From the NCBI RefSeq assembly GCF_004010195.1, contig NC_057718.1, forward strand, positions 28,907,049 to 28,958,207: DNA of 51,159 nt. The letters are read 5' to 3'. The stretch comes from Chiloscyllium plagiosum. Its lineage: Eukaryota. The position numbers and the translations under genes were made by a program. This document shows, piece after piece, positions 36,313 through 50,170 of this stretch; position 1 is the first letter of the stretch, and every line of letters begins with the position of its first letter. The notes under the pieces are model-generated. The model was not told the origin of the DNA. It saw nothing but the letters and a program-made list of their open reading frames with translations, and searched no databases.

Positions 36313-38039
36313 TTCTACCTTAACCACCTCTCATTCAACTCACCTGCTCTTCCTTCCTCCCCCATGTACCTAATTAACCTAAGATATTTCTACCTTAATG
36401 ATTACAGCTCCCATACTTCCATGTGCCTTTTGCTGACAAAAATGTGATTCTTCCCACTGTATTCCAGTTCCCTCCTCTCTTATGGATCCTTCCAGTGCAC
36501 CTAACAACCATACCTTTCAGTCCCATTCCCTACCACTCTGTTCTACCTAACCCACTTTGATATGAACCTCTGAATTGAGCCCCCTTTTGAATGAGGCCTA
36601 CTTGTCTGCCCCAGCCAGGTTTGCTGGGGTCAGCCAATATGGTTGCTTTGCTTGGGAAGGCTTGTTGCCTCAGTTAGGTTTCACCTTTACACTCAGTGTT
36701 TGTGCAAAGAAATGGCTTGGTTACTAAGGACCTGTGTGACTGGCAAACTTTGTACTCCCCACAACTTGGAGGAAGAAGGGACACACCTCATAGAAATAGT
36801 CTGATCTGTGAACACACATTTCCTAACAAAGTTGCTTCTTGGACCATAATTCCAGCATCCGGGTGTTAATGAGCATTCATGAAATGCTAATAAAAACAAG
36901 ATAGGGTCCCAACTATCACATCCGGAAAAGGTGACCTGATGGAAAGGTTCCAAGTAATTATTATCAAACTCTTAATCCACTGTTGTGAAACCATTGAGAG
37001 TTTGGGCACTCGATGTATCCAGTCACTTTAAAAATGCAATCAAATAAAAAGAATAAAGAATATATTGCAAAACAAGTAGACTAAAATTTGGAGATAGTTA
37101 TTGTGAAATTGTACAGTGCTTAGGGATAGACCAGACCTTAAGCACTGAGTCCAGTCTAGTGCCTGAGACACAAATGAACCATCAGGCCCCAGAGATAGTA
37201 CAGGGAAAGATTATGAGAACAATCCTTAGTATCAGAGGGCTGAGTAAGGAAAGCAAGGAGAAAATTATGTTTCCAAGCTTGGAAGATGACAACCAAAGGG
37301 TTCTCATAATGCCACGATGATAAACAATTTAGAAAAAGTCCTTCCAAAACAATACTTTCCCACATGAGCAGCAATGTAGGAGAGTAGTGATGTAAAACAC
37401 TGAAATTATTTGAGATAATTGCATGTTGTGATTAGCAGCCTATAGTTTTTTTTCCCTCTAAAGCGATATGAAGTAAATGGTATTCATGTTCCACAGTTTA
37501 CCTTTTCTGGACTAAGTGGTGTGTATTACAGAGGGAACAGACACCAGGGAGTGATTACAAGGCAGTAACCTAATCAACAGGTCAAATGATGTCATAAACC
37601 ACAAGCATGAGGCTTGAGCAGTTTATAACTGTCATCTAAACCTCAAGATGAAATTACAGGCTGGGAATTGCTCAGAGTACCTCTTTTTTAGCAAATGTAC
37701 TGTGAGCTTTTCTAGTGACTTAGTGTGTAAATACATCAAGTGGTGCCAGACTGAGCCATTTCCTGGTTTATACTGAGTTAGCGGATCTCCACTGCAATGG
37801 AAAGAAGATTGCTACAATTAGCTTCAGTAGCTCCAGGTCAGGCAAAGGAAATAAAATAATCGGCTGAAATATGTAAAACTGCAGCTGCAAAGAAGCAAAG
37901 GCATATCATGCATGCATAAATCTCTCATTCAGGTTTCAATCAGTGATGCTAATTTGTTTAAGTTCTTAACATAGATTACAGAACGTAGAAATACTGCAAA
38001 ACAAACACATCATAACCATTCCCTACATTAAAATCACCA

Positions 38040-38086
38040 CATCAACACAAAAAAAGCCTGAAAATTCACACACAAAGCAATTTATT
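38040..38086 (-). terminator. Candidate distal polyadenylation site (AATAAA plus downstream U/GU-rich element), possibly of TTC7A
   Basis: Plus-strand TTTATT at 38081-38086. On the minus strand it is followed by ttgctttgtgtgtgaattttcaggctttttttgtgttgatgtggtg. A second AATAAA lies at 39006-39011. Confidence 0.4.
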
Positions 38087-40363
38087 ACTCAATTTACTGC
38101 CTACATTATGATTGTACCTGATAGTCACACTTTGCAAAAATCAAGAACATAACTCAAACATTACAATGTGCAATCTTTACATTTGTAGTTGAGTCACGTT
38201 GCCACTAGATATCCAGGTTAGGACTGTAATGGCCCTCAGTTATTTGAACCATGGTAATTTGGATCTTGTTATACAAAGGCTACATCAGCTTTCAATCACT
38301 CAAATCAGATGCAGGTAGCCTTTACAAATAATGAGTTTGTTACATGTTTTGAATCACTTTAATGTATATTTCCATCTCACAATGTAGCCCTTCTAGTATC
38401 ACACACTACTCTACAAGCATGCTTGACTGGCAAGGTGGAAAATTGCTAATGTCATTCAAATCCAACTGTCAGCTATGATCAAGAGTGGCCTTAAACCTTC
38501 TAAATATCTGACAATCAAAGTCAGATACTTGCTATGTGAAGAATTGCAGGTCCTGAGCTGCACCCAGCAACTGAGTGGCACACAATATCAGTGTGCTAAT
38601 GGCCCCATCATGAAACACAATGCTATCTGAAAGTCCAGCCATTTTATCCTCAAAGTGATGGAGGAAAAATTCTGATTTGCATAGCTCAACCATTTTATTC
38701 CCTGACACATTAGATGTACTGCACAAAATAATTACGCTGAAACCATTAAAATAATTTATAACTAAGACATTAACCACATTAACTAGCCCTTGAATGGCAA
38801 TGCATGGAAGATTTTAGATAACAGGTTTCTCTAAGCCCTAAAATTCATGTTATTACATGATAGAATGCATTTACAAACAAGATAATAGACTGTGTTTACA
38901 GGATAACATTTAATAGATTTTGGGTGAGTTTATGTGTCGGAGTCTTACTCATTTGCTATAATTCAGTGCACTGAGCATATTATAAAACTAACAAGCTGAA
39001 GTCCATTTATTAATGACAAAGTAAATATCATCTTTGTATTATGCAAACATGTACTCTGACACAGGTTCATTTAATTATTTAACATTGGTATCTTCACTGT
39101 AAAACTAAAATTTTAAAAATCAGCTTCCTTTCCCAGAAATAAAGTGAATATTTAAAATAAATTACTTAATACTGCATATGAGATCTCTAAAGATATGGTA
39201 TCTTCGACAGTAAATGAATCAAGTGCTATTTCAAATACATTTTTCTGAGGCACAGACATAAAAGATTTATAGGACAAAGTGTCTCAAGTGGTTGGAAGAA
39301 AATATCAGCATACATCTCCCCTGGCATAAGTCACTTTTGCAATGTGCCAAGCCAGTAGTACTTTCTAGACTGGTGCACAGTGTGAATTAATAATTGAGCC
39401 GCCTGAGTTCCTGCTGCAGATTCTGGACAACTTACACCCTGTGTGGGAAACGTGAAACTGAAACCCAAGTAAATATTGTGTCACTGTTCAAAAGACTGTG
39501 GGGGCATAGGCAAGGATGCTATTTCATAGCATCAATTGATCTTTAAACTGACACCGCTAGTCACCAAGTTACAATTAAGAAAAATTAAAATGCTGTTTTT
39601 AGTCTCGACAAACTTTAGATGGTCATTAATTGTGGACAATGCAAAAGAGTGTCTGACACTGAGTGAAAGAGTACCATGTGAGTGTGAACTAATTAATGTG
39701 AACTGTAATGAAGTGAAATGACAGTTTTCCTTAAAAAGAATTTCTAAAAATACAGTTGATTCTTAACAAATGGGAAAGAGATATGAGAAACATAAATCTT
39801 CACATCAGCTGATCCTTCTGCAGTTTGTAAGTGAACCATAGAACATCTACACTGGAGCACTTCTATTTAAGTCTACTACAATCCATCGCCTAAATAAAAT
39901 GTGCAAGATTATCAGCTTGGTGAATGCCCACAATAATCATTATCCATTACTGAAGAAGCAGTCCCCTCCTCCCAGCATTTCAGAATAGTCCATTTGGATC
40001 TTTTAAATGATCACAAATTTCTTAACGGTTAATGAATTTTGCTGATTGGCTACTGATATGAGCTATGATTTAAGATAAACTCATGGAATTAGAAACAAAA
40101 CCGGGCTCATAGCTAAATTTTTTTCTCCAGATTAAATTAGAATCTTTCAGTAATTCAAATGTAACTACTATGCTAAGTGGCATATGTAAGGCATGAACTT
40201 AGATGAAAATGAAATAAGGCCCATTTCCTTATCTCCCACTAAATTCTGAAAATCAGTCCCCTTAGCTCAGTTGAATTTTATATCTCACCTTCCCAAAATT
40301 ATAGCTCTAACTTATAAATAGTAAATCTTACAATTAACAGACATTTAGAACCAGCTGAAGAAA

Positions 40364-40445
40364 TAAGACCATAAGCAATAGGAACAGGAGGAGGCCATTC
40401 GGTTCCTTGAGCTTGCTCTGCCATTCAATAGGCTTATGGCTGGGT
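40364..40445 (-). mobile_element. CR1 3' tail
   Basis: aagaccataag..aggaggccattcgg..tctgccattcaatagg..atggctg. Confidence 0.7.
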
Positions 40446-42212
40446 CAGAAGGGAAGCCGAAAGAAATAACTCTACATTATGTGATCCAAAGACCTGTGTT
40501 TGTAAGTATCCATGACCAGTAACTGTTTTTCAAGTGAATCTGTAATATAGTGAATCTGATCAGCTGCTTTTTAATTGGCAGAAAAGATCTAGCTTCATGC
40601 TTTGGAGTTTGGACAAGTTCAGTGATAAAATTATTTCATGAAAATTTTCCTTACTACTTTGCAGCCATGCCAGCACCCTCAGAGTCTCTCACAGCCAATT
40701 ACTGTACAGGGCTAAGATGAAACTGACTGGACTTGCTCAGACTGAGTGCTACAAGATTTGCTAGCCTGAGTTTGAAATTTGTATCTTTCACACTTCTAGA
40801 CGGTTCACACCTTTTTTTCACATTACGGAAGACTCCACAGGTGCAAATACAACCACTGAGCAACTGCATGAACGTAATTCTGTTTGTGCTGCAGCCAGTG
40901 ATGTGAAATCACACTGCAATGTAAACAGGACAGACTCACAGCAAAACCAGCTCACACAGTTCAGCAAATCTACAGCAGGAGCAAAGCTTTTGTGCTGCTT
41001 CACTACACTGAGGGGTTTTTTTTCAATGCATTATTTTTGGTGGTAGTTAGCTTTACATTATAGGGAAAACATTTATAATGCACAGTATTACCAATCCACC
41101 CCATTGATCATATCAATGAACAGGTCCCAAAACTATGAAAGTGTCCCCTGAGACGAGCTAATTATACGCATTCAAAATTACACCAGGAAATTCCTTGACT
41201 CACAGTAATAGTTCAAGTTGTTGCTTAATATGGTGAAATAGAATGAGGTTAAACCTTCTCAGCTCCTGGCGCAAAATGAAACCCATACTGTGGCATGGGT
41301 TGCCTATGTGAGTTCACACAAATCAACAGTCAATTGTATTTGAAACAAAAAATCGCTAGCTGATGCTAAGCAACCTCGGAGCACAGTGGTCAAATCAGAC
41401 AGTTTTAATTTCCTGTTTCCACTGCTACTTCCCTTTCCGTCATCCAGAGATTGTGATTTGTCAGTTATTACTCAATAAACATTTTAAAGTTTTTTTTCCA
41501 GTAAACAGATAGTGATTAAGGTGTGGCTAAGTAGCGCAATTCAGTGCTTCCCCTGTATTACGAACAGATATTAAATTTATATAAATATCCCCTAAGCATG
41601 AGAACTATGAGGTGACGTCTATTGTTGCAATTCTCTGGGGTGTGACAGGTATCTCATCTTTTCTGAATTTGTTTTCGATATTCAAATGCCTCCTACTTCG
41701 GTGTGTTATTTCCATTTAGCATATTCTTCTTAATTACAAGAAAGGCAAAATTATTGGCCAGCTTTGGCTGCGTTCAAACCCACCCAGAGGCAATTGGCAG
41801 TGTTTTAGCATATTCTTCAACATTAAATACTCTCAAATATAAATTCCACTGGTCATAATATTAACATTTGCAGGCGTGTATGAGGATATGTGCATAGATT
41901 TACTAAATGATAAGTACCCTTATGAAGAATTGTATACTGTCATGATTTGGAAGCATTGTTAGGAGACAGTGTTTCTGTATCACACAGACGCACGTAAAAT
42001 AAATGTTGCGCAGTCAGCCACTGGTACTGCAGGACTGCCTTAAAGATGAAATCATTAGACTTTCAGGAAGTCAAGTGAAGATTAGTATGCTATTCGGGCA
42101 GTCTGAGTGTAGTACCAACAATGTAACTTCCCCATGACTAAGCCATGTGCAATACTGTGTTCTTGTAAAAGAAATCACATAAGTCTTGTCATTGTGAAAA
42201 CCATATAAGGTA

Positions 42213-42430
42213 CAGTCAGTTCTGGTATAACACAATAATTCCAGTCTCATGCAATTTTGTGTTAAGGAAATCGCGCAATAGCCACATCATTTAAAACTCA
42301 TGTGGCTGGAATTGTGTTGTTGCTGATACATGTTTGAAAAATCCGTGCGGTAGAAACAGTGTCCCCAATTCGCCATTAGTGTTACAGCAAATTCGGGTTA
42401 ACGAAGTGCGTGTTATAGCAGAACAACCTG
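42213..42430. mobile_element. Tc1/mariner (Tigger/pogo-like) MITE
   Basis: TA on both sides (42211-42212, 42431-42432). Imperfect 21-bp TIRs: CAGTCAGTTCTGGTATAACAC versus the reverse complement of the right end, CAGGTTGTTCTGCTATAACAC. Length 218 bp, non-coding. Confidence 0.8.
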
Positions 42431-42478
42431 TATTACATTATAACTCAGGTTGGGAATAATAAAATCAGGAACAAGATA

Positions 42479-42692
42479 TGTAATAACTCCACAGAGGCCG
42501 ATATCCTGTTACGAAATCACCCTTTATACACGTGCACAGTCCTTGACACTGCTCCAGCTCCCTCACAGCTAGCTCTCAGAGTGAACAGAACCTCTGACAT
42601 TCCTGTTTATATCTGTCAGCCAGTGCTCCCTGATTGCACCAGATTAACAGCTCTATGAGATTGACCAGGCTGACCTCATTACAATCACTACA
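42479..42692 (-). repeat. 3' LTR of the Gypsy element
   Basis: TG...CA termini (tgtaataactccacagagg...acaatcactaca), adjacent to the PPT. Aligns to 46626-46854 with a deletion of about 15 bp. Confidence 0.9.
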
Positions 42693-45600
42693 TCCCTCTC
42701 CCTCTGAGTCTGGGGATGTAGGCCTGTTCTTTCTCTTGTGGCTACTCCTAGGTGTTTTCACACCAGATCCAGTTCCTCTGACTCAGCCTCGTGTACCGTA
42801 CCATGACCCACCTCTTGGGCCCAGAGCATCTTGGAAGAAATTCATCCTATTCTTCAGATGGTAAAGGTGTCAAGGCTGCACCATCCGATGTGTCCACCTC
42901 AAACTCTGAGGTTTCTTTGATGCTAGGTGAAGGAGGAGAACCCATGTGTCTGACAGCCCTTCCAGCTCTTCTGAGGTGCCGGGTATGTTTTGCTCCTGAC
43001 CTGTTTGCAAATTTGCAGCTTTCATGTGGTCCATGCTTGTTCAGGACTGCCTCACCTACCTGAACGTCCCATGTCATGGGACCTGACCTCGTGTTGACCA
43101 TGTTTCTTTCCCATTTCTGTGGTTTCAGCACCAAACTTGGTCTGAAATCTCTCTCACCAAGAGGAGTCTTGTGTCTGGCATTGGTACTTCTGATGCTGTT
43201 GCACCTCACCCCAAGGTTTGGGAAGATCAGATTTAACCTGGTGCAAAGTCTTCTCCTCATTAGCAACTCTGCTGGAGCTGTCCCTGTAGTTGCGTTAGGG
43301 GTGAAGCTGTAGACTGTTTCTTCAAGCCTGCCTTCAAAGTTTGGACAGTTCTTTCTGCCAGACCATTGGATAGTGGATGGTATGGAGCTGTCCTTACATG
43401 CTGAATGCCATTTGACTTTAGGAAATACGGAAATTCCCTGGTGGTAAGTGAGACCAACACTTCGGGAGGCTTGTGTGTGACAAAGGATGTGCGCAGCTTT
43501 TCTAATGCTGTCCCCACGTTTGATGAATGAACTCTGTGCACATCCAACCACTTTCAGTGGGCGTCCACAATGACTAAGGACATTTAGTCCAAGAAAGGAC
43601 CAGCATAGTTGACGTGTAACCGAGTCCAGGGTTTACTCAGTCATTCCCACAAATGTGGGGCACTGCTGGCAGTAATTTTTGTTCTGGTTGGCACTCTGAG
43701 CACTGCCACACTAACGCAGCTATGTTTGCATCCACTCCTGACCAATAGGCATAACTTCTCACAAACACCCTCATTTTGCAACCCCACCCCCCTCCCCCTC
43801 TCCCGCAGACCCTGGTGGAATCCAGTCAGGATCAGGCAGTGACCTTTGCTCAGGACAATCTCTCTTGTTCCCCATAATGATATTCTGTTTTCTACTGTGA
43901 TTCAGTCTCACTAGGTCCAGAAAGGTTTCAATTCTGGTTGTTATGGCCCTTTGTTTCCCCCACCATCATCATCAGCTGGTTTGATTTGGCAGGACCAGAT
44001 CATTTCGCATCCACAGTCTGACATTGTCAGCGGTGACCAGAAGGGTACCAAAAAGTTTAAAACCAAAATAGACTCTTCCAGGGGAGGTACCAGTGATGCA
44101 TCTGCCAGAGAGAGGCAGCTCAAGACATCGACATTTGCTAATTGGCCTCCTGGTTGATGTTCTAATTTGTAACTGTATACACGTAGAGTGAGACCTCACT
44201 GCTGAATTCAAACTCAAGCTATGGGAGATACAACCTCGTATTCTTTGAGTAGCCCTAGAATGGATTTGTAGTCTGTTACCATGGAACATTTCCACACCAA
44301 AGATGACCACCAAACCCTCCTTCTCTACCTGGGTGCATTTGCGTTCTGCATTAGCCAAAGTCTGGGAAGCATACACTATAAGGTGTTCCTCTCCATTATA
44401 CCATCTATGGGCCAACACTACCCCAGTACTGCTTGGGATCATAGTGTGTCAACACCTTGGATGATGATAGCTGCTTCTTCACTTCCCTAAAGGCTATGTC
44501 TTGGCTATGAGACTATTTCCAAGGCTTACCTTTTTTCAATAGCAGATGTATGGGTGCCAGAATGGAGGCCATTTGATGTATGAACCTCTTGTAATAATTT
44601 ACCAGCCCAAGGAAAGACCTAAGCTCTGGTACAGAAGTGGGAACCAGGGCACCTTTGATCACCCTCACTTTATCTTCCAATGGATCTAAATCCTGTCTTG
44701 TTGACTCTGTAGCCCAAGTGCGTCACTTGGTGAGCCTGGAACACATTTTTCCCTTCTAGGGTGTACACCCTCCTGGCAAAAACATCTAAGGACTATGTCC
44801 AAGTTCTCTAAATGCTTTTTATTGGTCTTCCCTGTTATTAGCATGTCATCCAGATAAATGGCGACCTGGGGTAGACCCTGAAAATGTTCTCTATTGTCCG
44901 CTGAAAAATAGCAGTCTTGTAAATTGGTCCAACATGTTATGGGTATTAACTGTAGTGTACCTCTGGGAATCCTGATCTGACTGCAATTGGAAGTACACAT
45001 GGCTCATGATCAGCTTCGTAAAAGATGGCCTCCCTTTCAGCGATGTGTATAATCCTCTATGGGAAGCATTAAATACTTATTATACTGTGAGAAGTGGTTT
45101 ATCATTTGTTCAAAATCTCCACAGAGGTGAACGGAGGCATCAGGCTTCACAATTGGCACAATTACCCATTCTGCAAACTGGATTGGTTTGATGATTCCTT
45201 TCACTTTCCAGCCTTCTGATTTCTGCCTCTACTTTTGCAAGTAAGGCAAATGGCGCTTTGGGACTTGCAGAATCATGGAACTGCTTCCTGGTCAACATGC
45301 AAGTTGGCCTTGGCTCTTTTAATAATCCCTAGACCTTGCTGAAAAGCCTTTGGATATTTAATTAGAACTTCACTCAGGCAGTTTCTAATCAAAAAATGGT
45401 GAGCCACCCATGGCAAATGTTTCCCAAGGCCGAGCCTTTTACTACCATCAGTGGTAAGTGAACCAGCTGCTTCTCATACAAGACTGGAACCGAAGGTGTA
45501 CCCTTAATCTGTAAAGGTTCTTCAGTGATGGTGTAAACCAAGATCTTATGCAAACTTAAGGATTGGAGACGAGAGTGAATTTTGTCATTGACTGGGTCTG

Positions 45601-46625
45601 CAATCACTGATACAGCCATAAAAGTATCAACCTCCATATAGAACCAGTGAACATTCAGCAGGCGTTAATTTTGATTGGTTCTGAGTTGGATGTTGCTAAG
45701 CAATTTAACTGTTCCAAGTCAGATGTAGGTGGACTTTCCAGGGTGCGCACTCTCCACAGATACCGGCATATAAGTTCTCTTCCTCAATTTCGGTCTCTCG
45801 GGACTCTTTTGCTGTCTCAAGTCCGCATACTGACAGCAACTACAATGACAAGATCCTTAAGAAAATTTTAACCATTTGGCCAAGGCTTGGCTTTGTTTTC
45901 CGGTTTTGCTGTGGGCTGACTTTGAGTCCCTCTGTTCAGGATATGTCCTGAGTGAGGCTATGCAACTGCATTCTCTCAAGTGGTGTTCAGTTGGCCTGGT
46001 GAGGGTCTTCATTTCTATCGGCACACCCTGTAACTCATTTGCTCCACTTGTTACCCTTTCTGATGATAAAGCCAGTGGTAGTGCCTGTTTGAAGTCCAAT
46101 TGGGCTTCATTAGTAGTGCATTTGCACGGCTCCATCATTAAACCCATATACCAAACAGTCTCTCAGATCTGATTAAGGGTTAAACCAAAGTCACATGCCT
46201 CTGCCCATCATCTTAACCTTGTCAAAAATCCCAATACAGATTCCCCTCGTTCTTAAATTGCTGAGTAAAACCGATAGCATCTCAGATATAGACTGGACCT
46301 GGGGTGTAATATTCCTTAACTAAATACTCAACTCTTGAAAGGTTTTGTATCTGGTGCCTCCGGAAACATGAGGCTCTTAATGACCGAAAAGCTGCAATTC
46401 CACTGACCGTGAGGAGAATTACTCATTGTTTTTCATCTGCCCCAATGTCATTTTCCCAAAAAAAAACACATTCTTTCCACATACTAGGCCCAGTCTTTGA
46501 TGGCAGGATCAAATGAGTTAAGCTTCCCAAATAAAGGCATGATGCCAGAAAGGCTAAGCCCAACTCAAAAGATGACTGTTGCCATTGAATTTCTTCAGGA
46601 GCATTTTTTTTTCTCTCATTATCAC

Positions 46626-46854
46626 TGCAATAAGTCCACAGAGGCTGTTTTCCCGTCATCAAGTCACCCTTGATTTACACAAGTATAATACACACTGGTT
46701 GGCTTCCTCAGAGCCAGCTCTCAGACTGAACAGAACCTTAGATACCCATTATACCTGTCAGCCAGGATTCCCTTATTGGGGCTGTTAATCTCGTCCAATC
46801 AGGAAACTCATATTCTATGATGCCCATTTGGCTAACCTTGTTACAATCACTGTA
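46626..46854 (-). repeat. 5' LTR of the Gypsy element
   Basis: tgcaataagtccacagagg...acaatcactgta, adjacent to the decayed PBS and followed by the AGATA TSD. Confidence 0.9.
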
Positions 46855-47628
46855 AGATATTGAACAATGGCTGTTGTAAAATAAAAGATGATTGAATTAT
46901 CCAATAAGGGCAAGTCATTGCTGAAGTACTGCAGAGCTGACCAAAAGGCTCAGCAATGTGAACTACACACTTAAATAATGATCAGACAAATCGACATATG
47001 TCAATATTACAGTAGTAAATTCTGTGTCTCATGAAACTGTTCATGTAGAAAATACACATTTTCTAAATTAAAAATTCCTGAGGATCTTAAATAAATTGAC
47101 AAATTCAATGAAGAATTTTGAGTTAACCTGCAGTGATTTAGCCAAAATTATTAATAGTGATTACATCATGCGGCATGAGGGTCCCTGATAACTCTCTCAA
47201 TGAAAGGCTGATCTCCAGTGCAGGGAGAAGGGAATAAGAACAGTAATACTGCAATGTACATGCCATTTGAGGGCAATCCATCTCAGCTCCTTCATGCAGT
47301 AAACAATCTCAGGCTATTCTGGAAAGATGCCACTACATCTGCTGTGGAATAATGATGCCCCGCTCTGGATACTATTCCGTGTAAGGTACTGGCTCCACAA
47401 ATGTCTCACAATGTGTCTCATAAGAATTGCTGTGAATGGAAAAACTCTGTCCGATTCTAGTAGGATCTGGCAGGACATGACGGAGGCCATTGTGAACTTG
47501 CAGCGAATAGGAAACTGGTTAAAAGGAGTCTGAATTGATTGTCCTGGATATTTTGCAACTGATTTCTGCTCAATGAGTCAACAAATTAAATCTTTGGAAA
47601 ACATACAATTTGACCCACATGACTGATC

Positions 47629-47850
47629 TCAAAGCTCTCTCGGTATGACAGCAAATGGAACAATGGGACTGCTGGCTTCCAGCTCTAATGCGGTAAGGAA
47701 ATATTCTGCAGCATCTTCATTTTTCCCTTGATCTTGTAGCACCTCCCCCAAACTGTTCCAGGCCTTGTGGGATGTTGCCTGAGCCTGAACAGCATCTCTC
47801 AGAAACGTCTCTCCCAAACTATTCCGGCCCATTTTGTGCAGTGCCCTTCC
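47629..47850 (-). CDS. TTC7A: Terminal coding exon of tetratricopeptide repeat protein 7 (PI4KA-complex scaffold), most likely TTC7A
   Basis: Minus-strand acceptor tcttttatAG|GGA, exon starting at 47850 in phase 0. Translation is [73 protein letters not shown], then TGA at 47631-47629. This matches the recalled TTC7 C-terminal TPR and the [11 protein letters not shown] motif. The PREL ending favours TTC7A over TTC7B (PRVL). Upstream exons lie beyond the window. Confidence 0.9.
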   Translation of the reverse strand, partial: GRALHKMGRNSLGETFLRDAVQAQATSHKAWNSLGEVLQDQGKNEDAAEYFLTALELEASSPIVPFAVIPREL

Positions 47851-47949
47851 CTATAAAAGAATAAAGCACAAAGATCAGAGCGTTATGCAGAGAATTAACA
47901 TAAGTTATAAGGCACAGCAAAATGAAAAGCATGAATTTATTAAAGAAAA

Positions 47950-48190
47950 TACTTGCATTAACGGAGCATCTTTCATGTCCTTAGGATGTTTCATATCACT
48001 CTACTGTTAATAAATTACGTTTGAAGGTTTGAAACATGTAGGCCAATAGAGCAGCTATTTGTGCACACCAGCTCCCACAAAGAGCAAGTTGATAAAAGCT
48101 CTGTGTTTGGTGGACCATGGCAGCCAGGACAGCAGCAGACATCCATGGTCTTCCTTGAAAAAATACGATGGGATGTTTCACTGACAGATT
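47950..48190 (-). mobile_element. Ancient Deu-domain SINE in the last TTC7A intron
   Basis: gcagctatttgtgcacaccagctcccacaaa..gccaggacagc..atgggatgttt, similar to 26875-27170. Confidence 0.55.
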
Positions 48191-50170
48191 CTTGGGAAGG
48201 GAGATGGGGATTTTAATCAGAACTAAGGATTTGGGTGCAGGGGGATTAAAATCTTAAAATCTTGACCTAAGACCACCCATTTCCATTTTTAGCTGAGTTG
48301 AGAAGATGGTGTGAGAGGATTCTGCCCCGAAGTAGCAGGTTTGCACCTGTCGTGCCTCACTGGGGCAGCTGGAGTTCAAGCCCTCACTGTTCCTGGAGTT
48401 GTTAAAAAAAGTTAAAGGTACACAGAATTTTAGATTTTCAAACCCTGGCTGACAGAAAACATGGACCAGGTTTCTATACTTAACGATTATTGTTTATTAC
48501 AAGCAATCAGGCTTAAGCTACAGATAGTTATTTACCAATGTAAAATTGTGTAAGTAAAATTCTAATCCCCCATATAAACTCCCTTACACACAGACACAGA
48601 CAGAAGGAATACATATGGGTGTTATGGATGGAACTAAAGATTGGGAAGACTCCTTAACACTGTGTGATTACACTCTATCCCATTTGCAATTTTCAGATGA
48701 CTTTCTGAATTGCAGCTAAAACAATGTTTTATTAATGATCATTCATTGCTACATTGTAATTTGTCCATACTGAGCCAAGGTCTTGTCTTGGTCTTGTCAG
48801 GAATTAATATGCTGTGTTGCATGTTTTGCACTTTATGCTGCCCTGCGTATGACTGTACTCTCGTGCAGTCTGTGTGTTCATGTAGCACCTTGGTCCTGGA
48901 GGAACGCTGTCTCATTTTTATTGTACTAGCTGTATATGATAGAATGACAAATAAAGTTACTCTCTTTCACAATTTAGTGGATCCTGAGATCATTCTTCTG
49001 ATTCTTGTGCTGGTCAGAATGCTGCTTCTCAATCTTCCTTGATTGGAAGTTTTCATTGATTTGCAGGAATTCGGAGTGTCTGGTTCACTTATAAAGTGCC
49101 TCTGACTTATCAAGTAAAAGCCACAGCTTTCAACAACAGCTGAAGGAAAGATAAACGGCTTACTACAGCCTTCACGTTTTATTGCAGAGAACAGAGGTAG
49201 CTCCTGAGTTTGAGGAGACCTGGTGATTTTTCTGTATCTTGTTCATAGGTCCAAGCTGTTCAGCTCCCTGAGACCAACCTCATAGTTGTTACCATGCAAA
49301 GGCCTTTGTCATCAATTATAGATCAACTCGTCAACAGACCAAACAGTTACTTGTAGCAACTAAAACTGCATCTGTCCACATGACTTCAGTTCCAGTTTGT
49401 CTGCAATCTACATTGAACAAGCAGCTGTGTAAACAATGCTTGCAATAGATATCAGGTTACTTGCTTGCAAAATAACCAGCAATCCTTAGTTTTTAAAGCA
49501 GTTATTTTCTTATTTCAGGCCACAATTAAAAATACAGGGAAAAAAATGGTCTTTACACACTTTAGATATTGTAAGGCAGCAAGACTACTTCCAGTCATCT
49601 GCAAAGCGATGGAAGATGTTGACAATGATACAGCGTTCACCCATATATGGACAAAAGAGCTGACTTCCAGAGAATATGAAATTAAGTAACAACTGATAGA
49701 GTGCAAAACTTTTCAACAGGGATCAGGAGAAAAATGGCAGTGTCTGGAGACATATCTAACACAAAGGAAGATAGTTGCGATCTGTTAGAGGTTAATCATC
49801 TCAAGTTTAAATGTTTCTAAAGTTGGTGTCCATTCTAGATTTCTGATATTAAAAATATCAGGGAATGTAGGGACAGTACAGGAAAATGGCACTGAGGTAG
49901 AATATCAGCTCTAGTTGACTGACAGGGCAGTAGGAGGGGCTGAAAGACCACTCAGTTTCCTATTTACTATGTTCTATTCTCCTATTATTGCATAGTGATC
50001 AGTTCTATTTGCAAGTCCAGACAATGAAACAATCCATGTCCATATGCAGTAAGACATGAATAACTTCAGGGTTCAGGCCGATACATAGCAAGTAATGTTA
50101 ACCATAACAAGTATCATTCAATGATCGTTTCTAACAGGAGAAAATCTAACCACGTCCCTCAGCATTTATC

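Larger units (their letters stand above)
42479..46854 (-). mobile_element. Gypsy/Ty3 LTR retrotransposon with both LTRs, degenerate (K02A2.6-like/Mag-type)
   Basis: LTRs at 42479-42692 and 46626-46854. AGATA TSD at 42474-42478 and 46855-46859. Polypurine tract at 42693-42705. Decayed PBS at about 46615-46624 (compare TGGCGACGAG, tRNA-Ser type). Frameshifted pol remnants: protease MEVDT..VSVI (about 45637), RT VAIYLDDMLITG (about 44850), RNase H YASQTLANAERKCTQVEKEGL (about 44350), integrase APYHPLSNGLAERTVQTLK (about 43370). Confidence 0.95.

Noticed and set aside
42847..43551. 234-aa ORF in the Gypsy element, possibly a domesticated integrase
   Set aside because: The integrase motifs are split across frames, so it is a frameshifted fossil.
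48310..49400. Possible solo-LTR-like sequence in the TTC7A intron with a nested LINE tail (about 48790-48960)
   Set aside because: I could not define termini or a TSD by eye.
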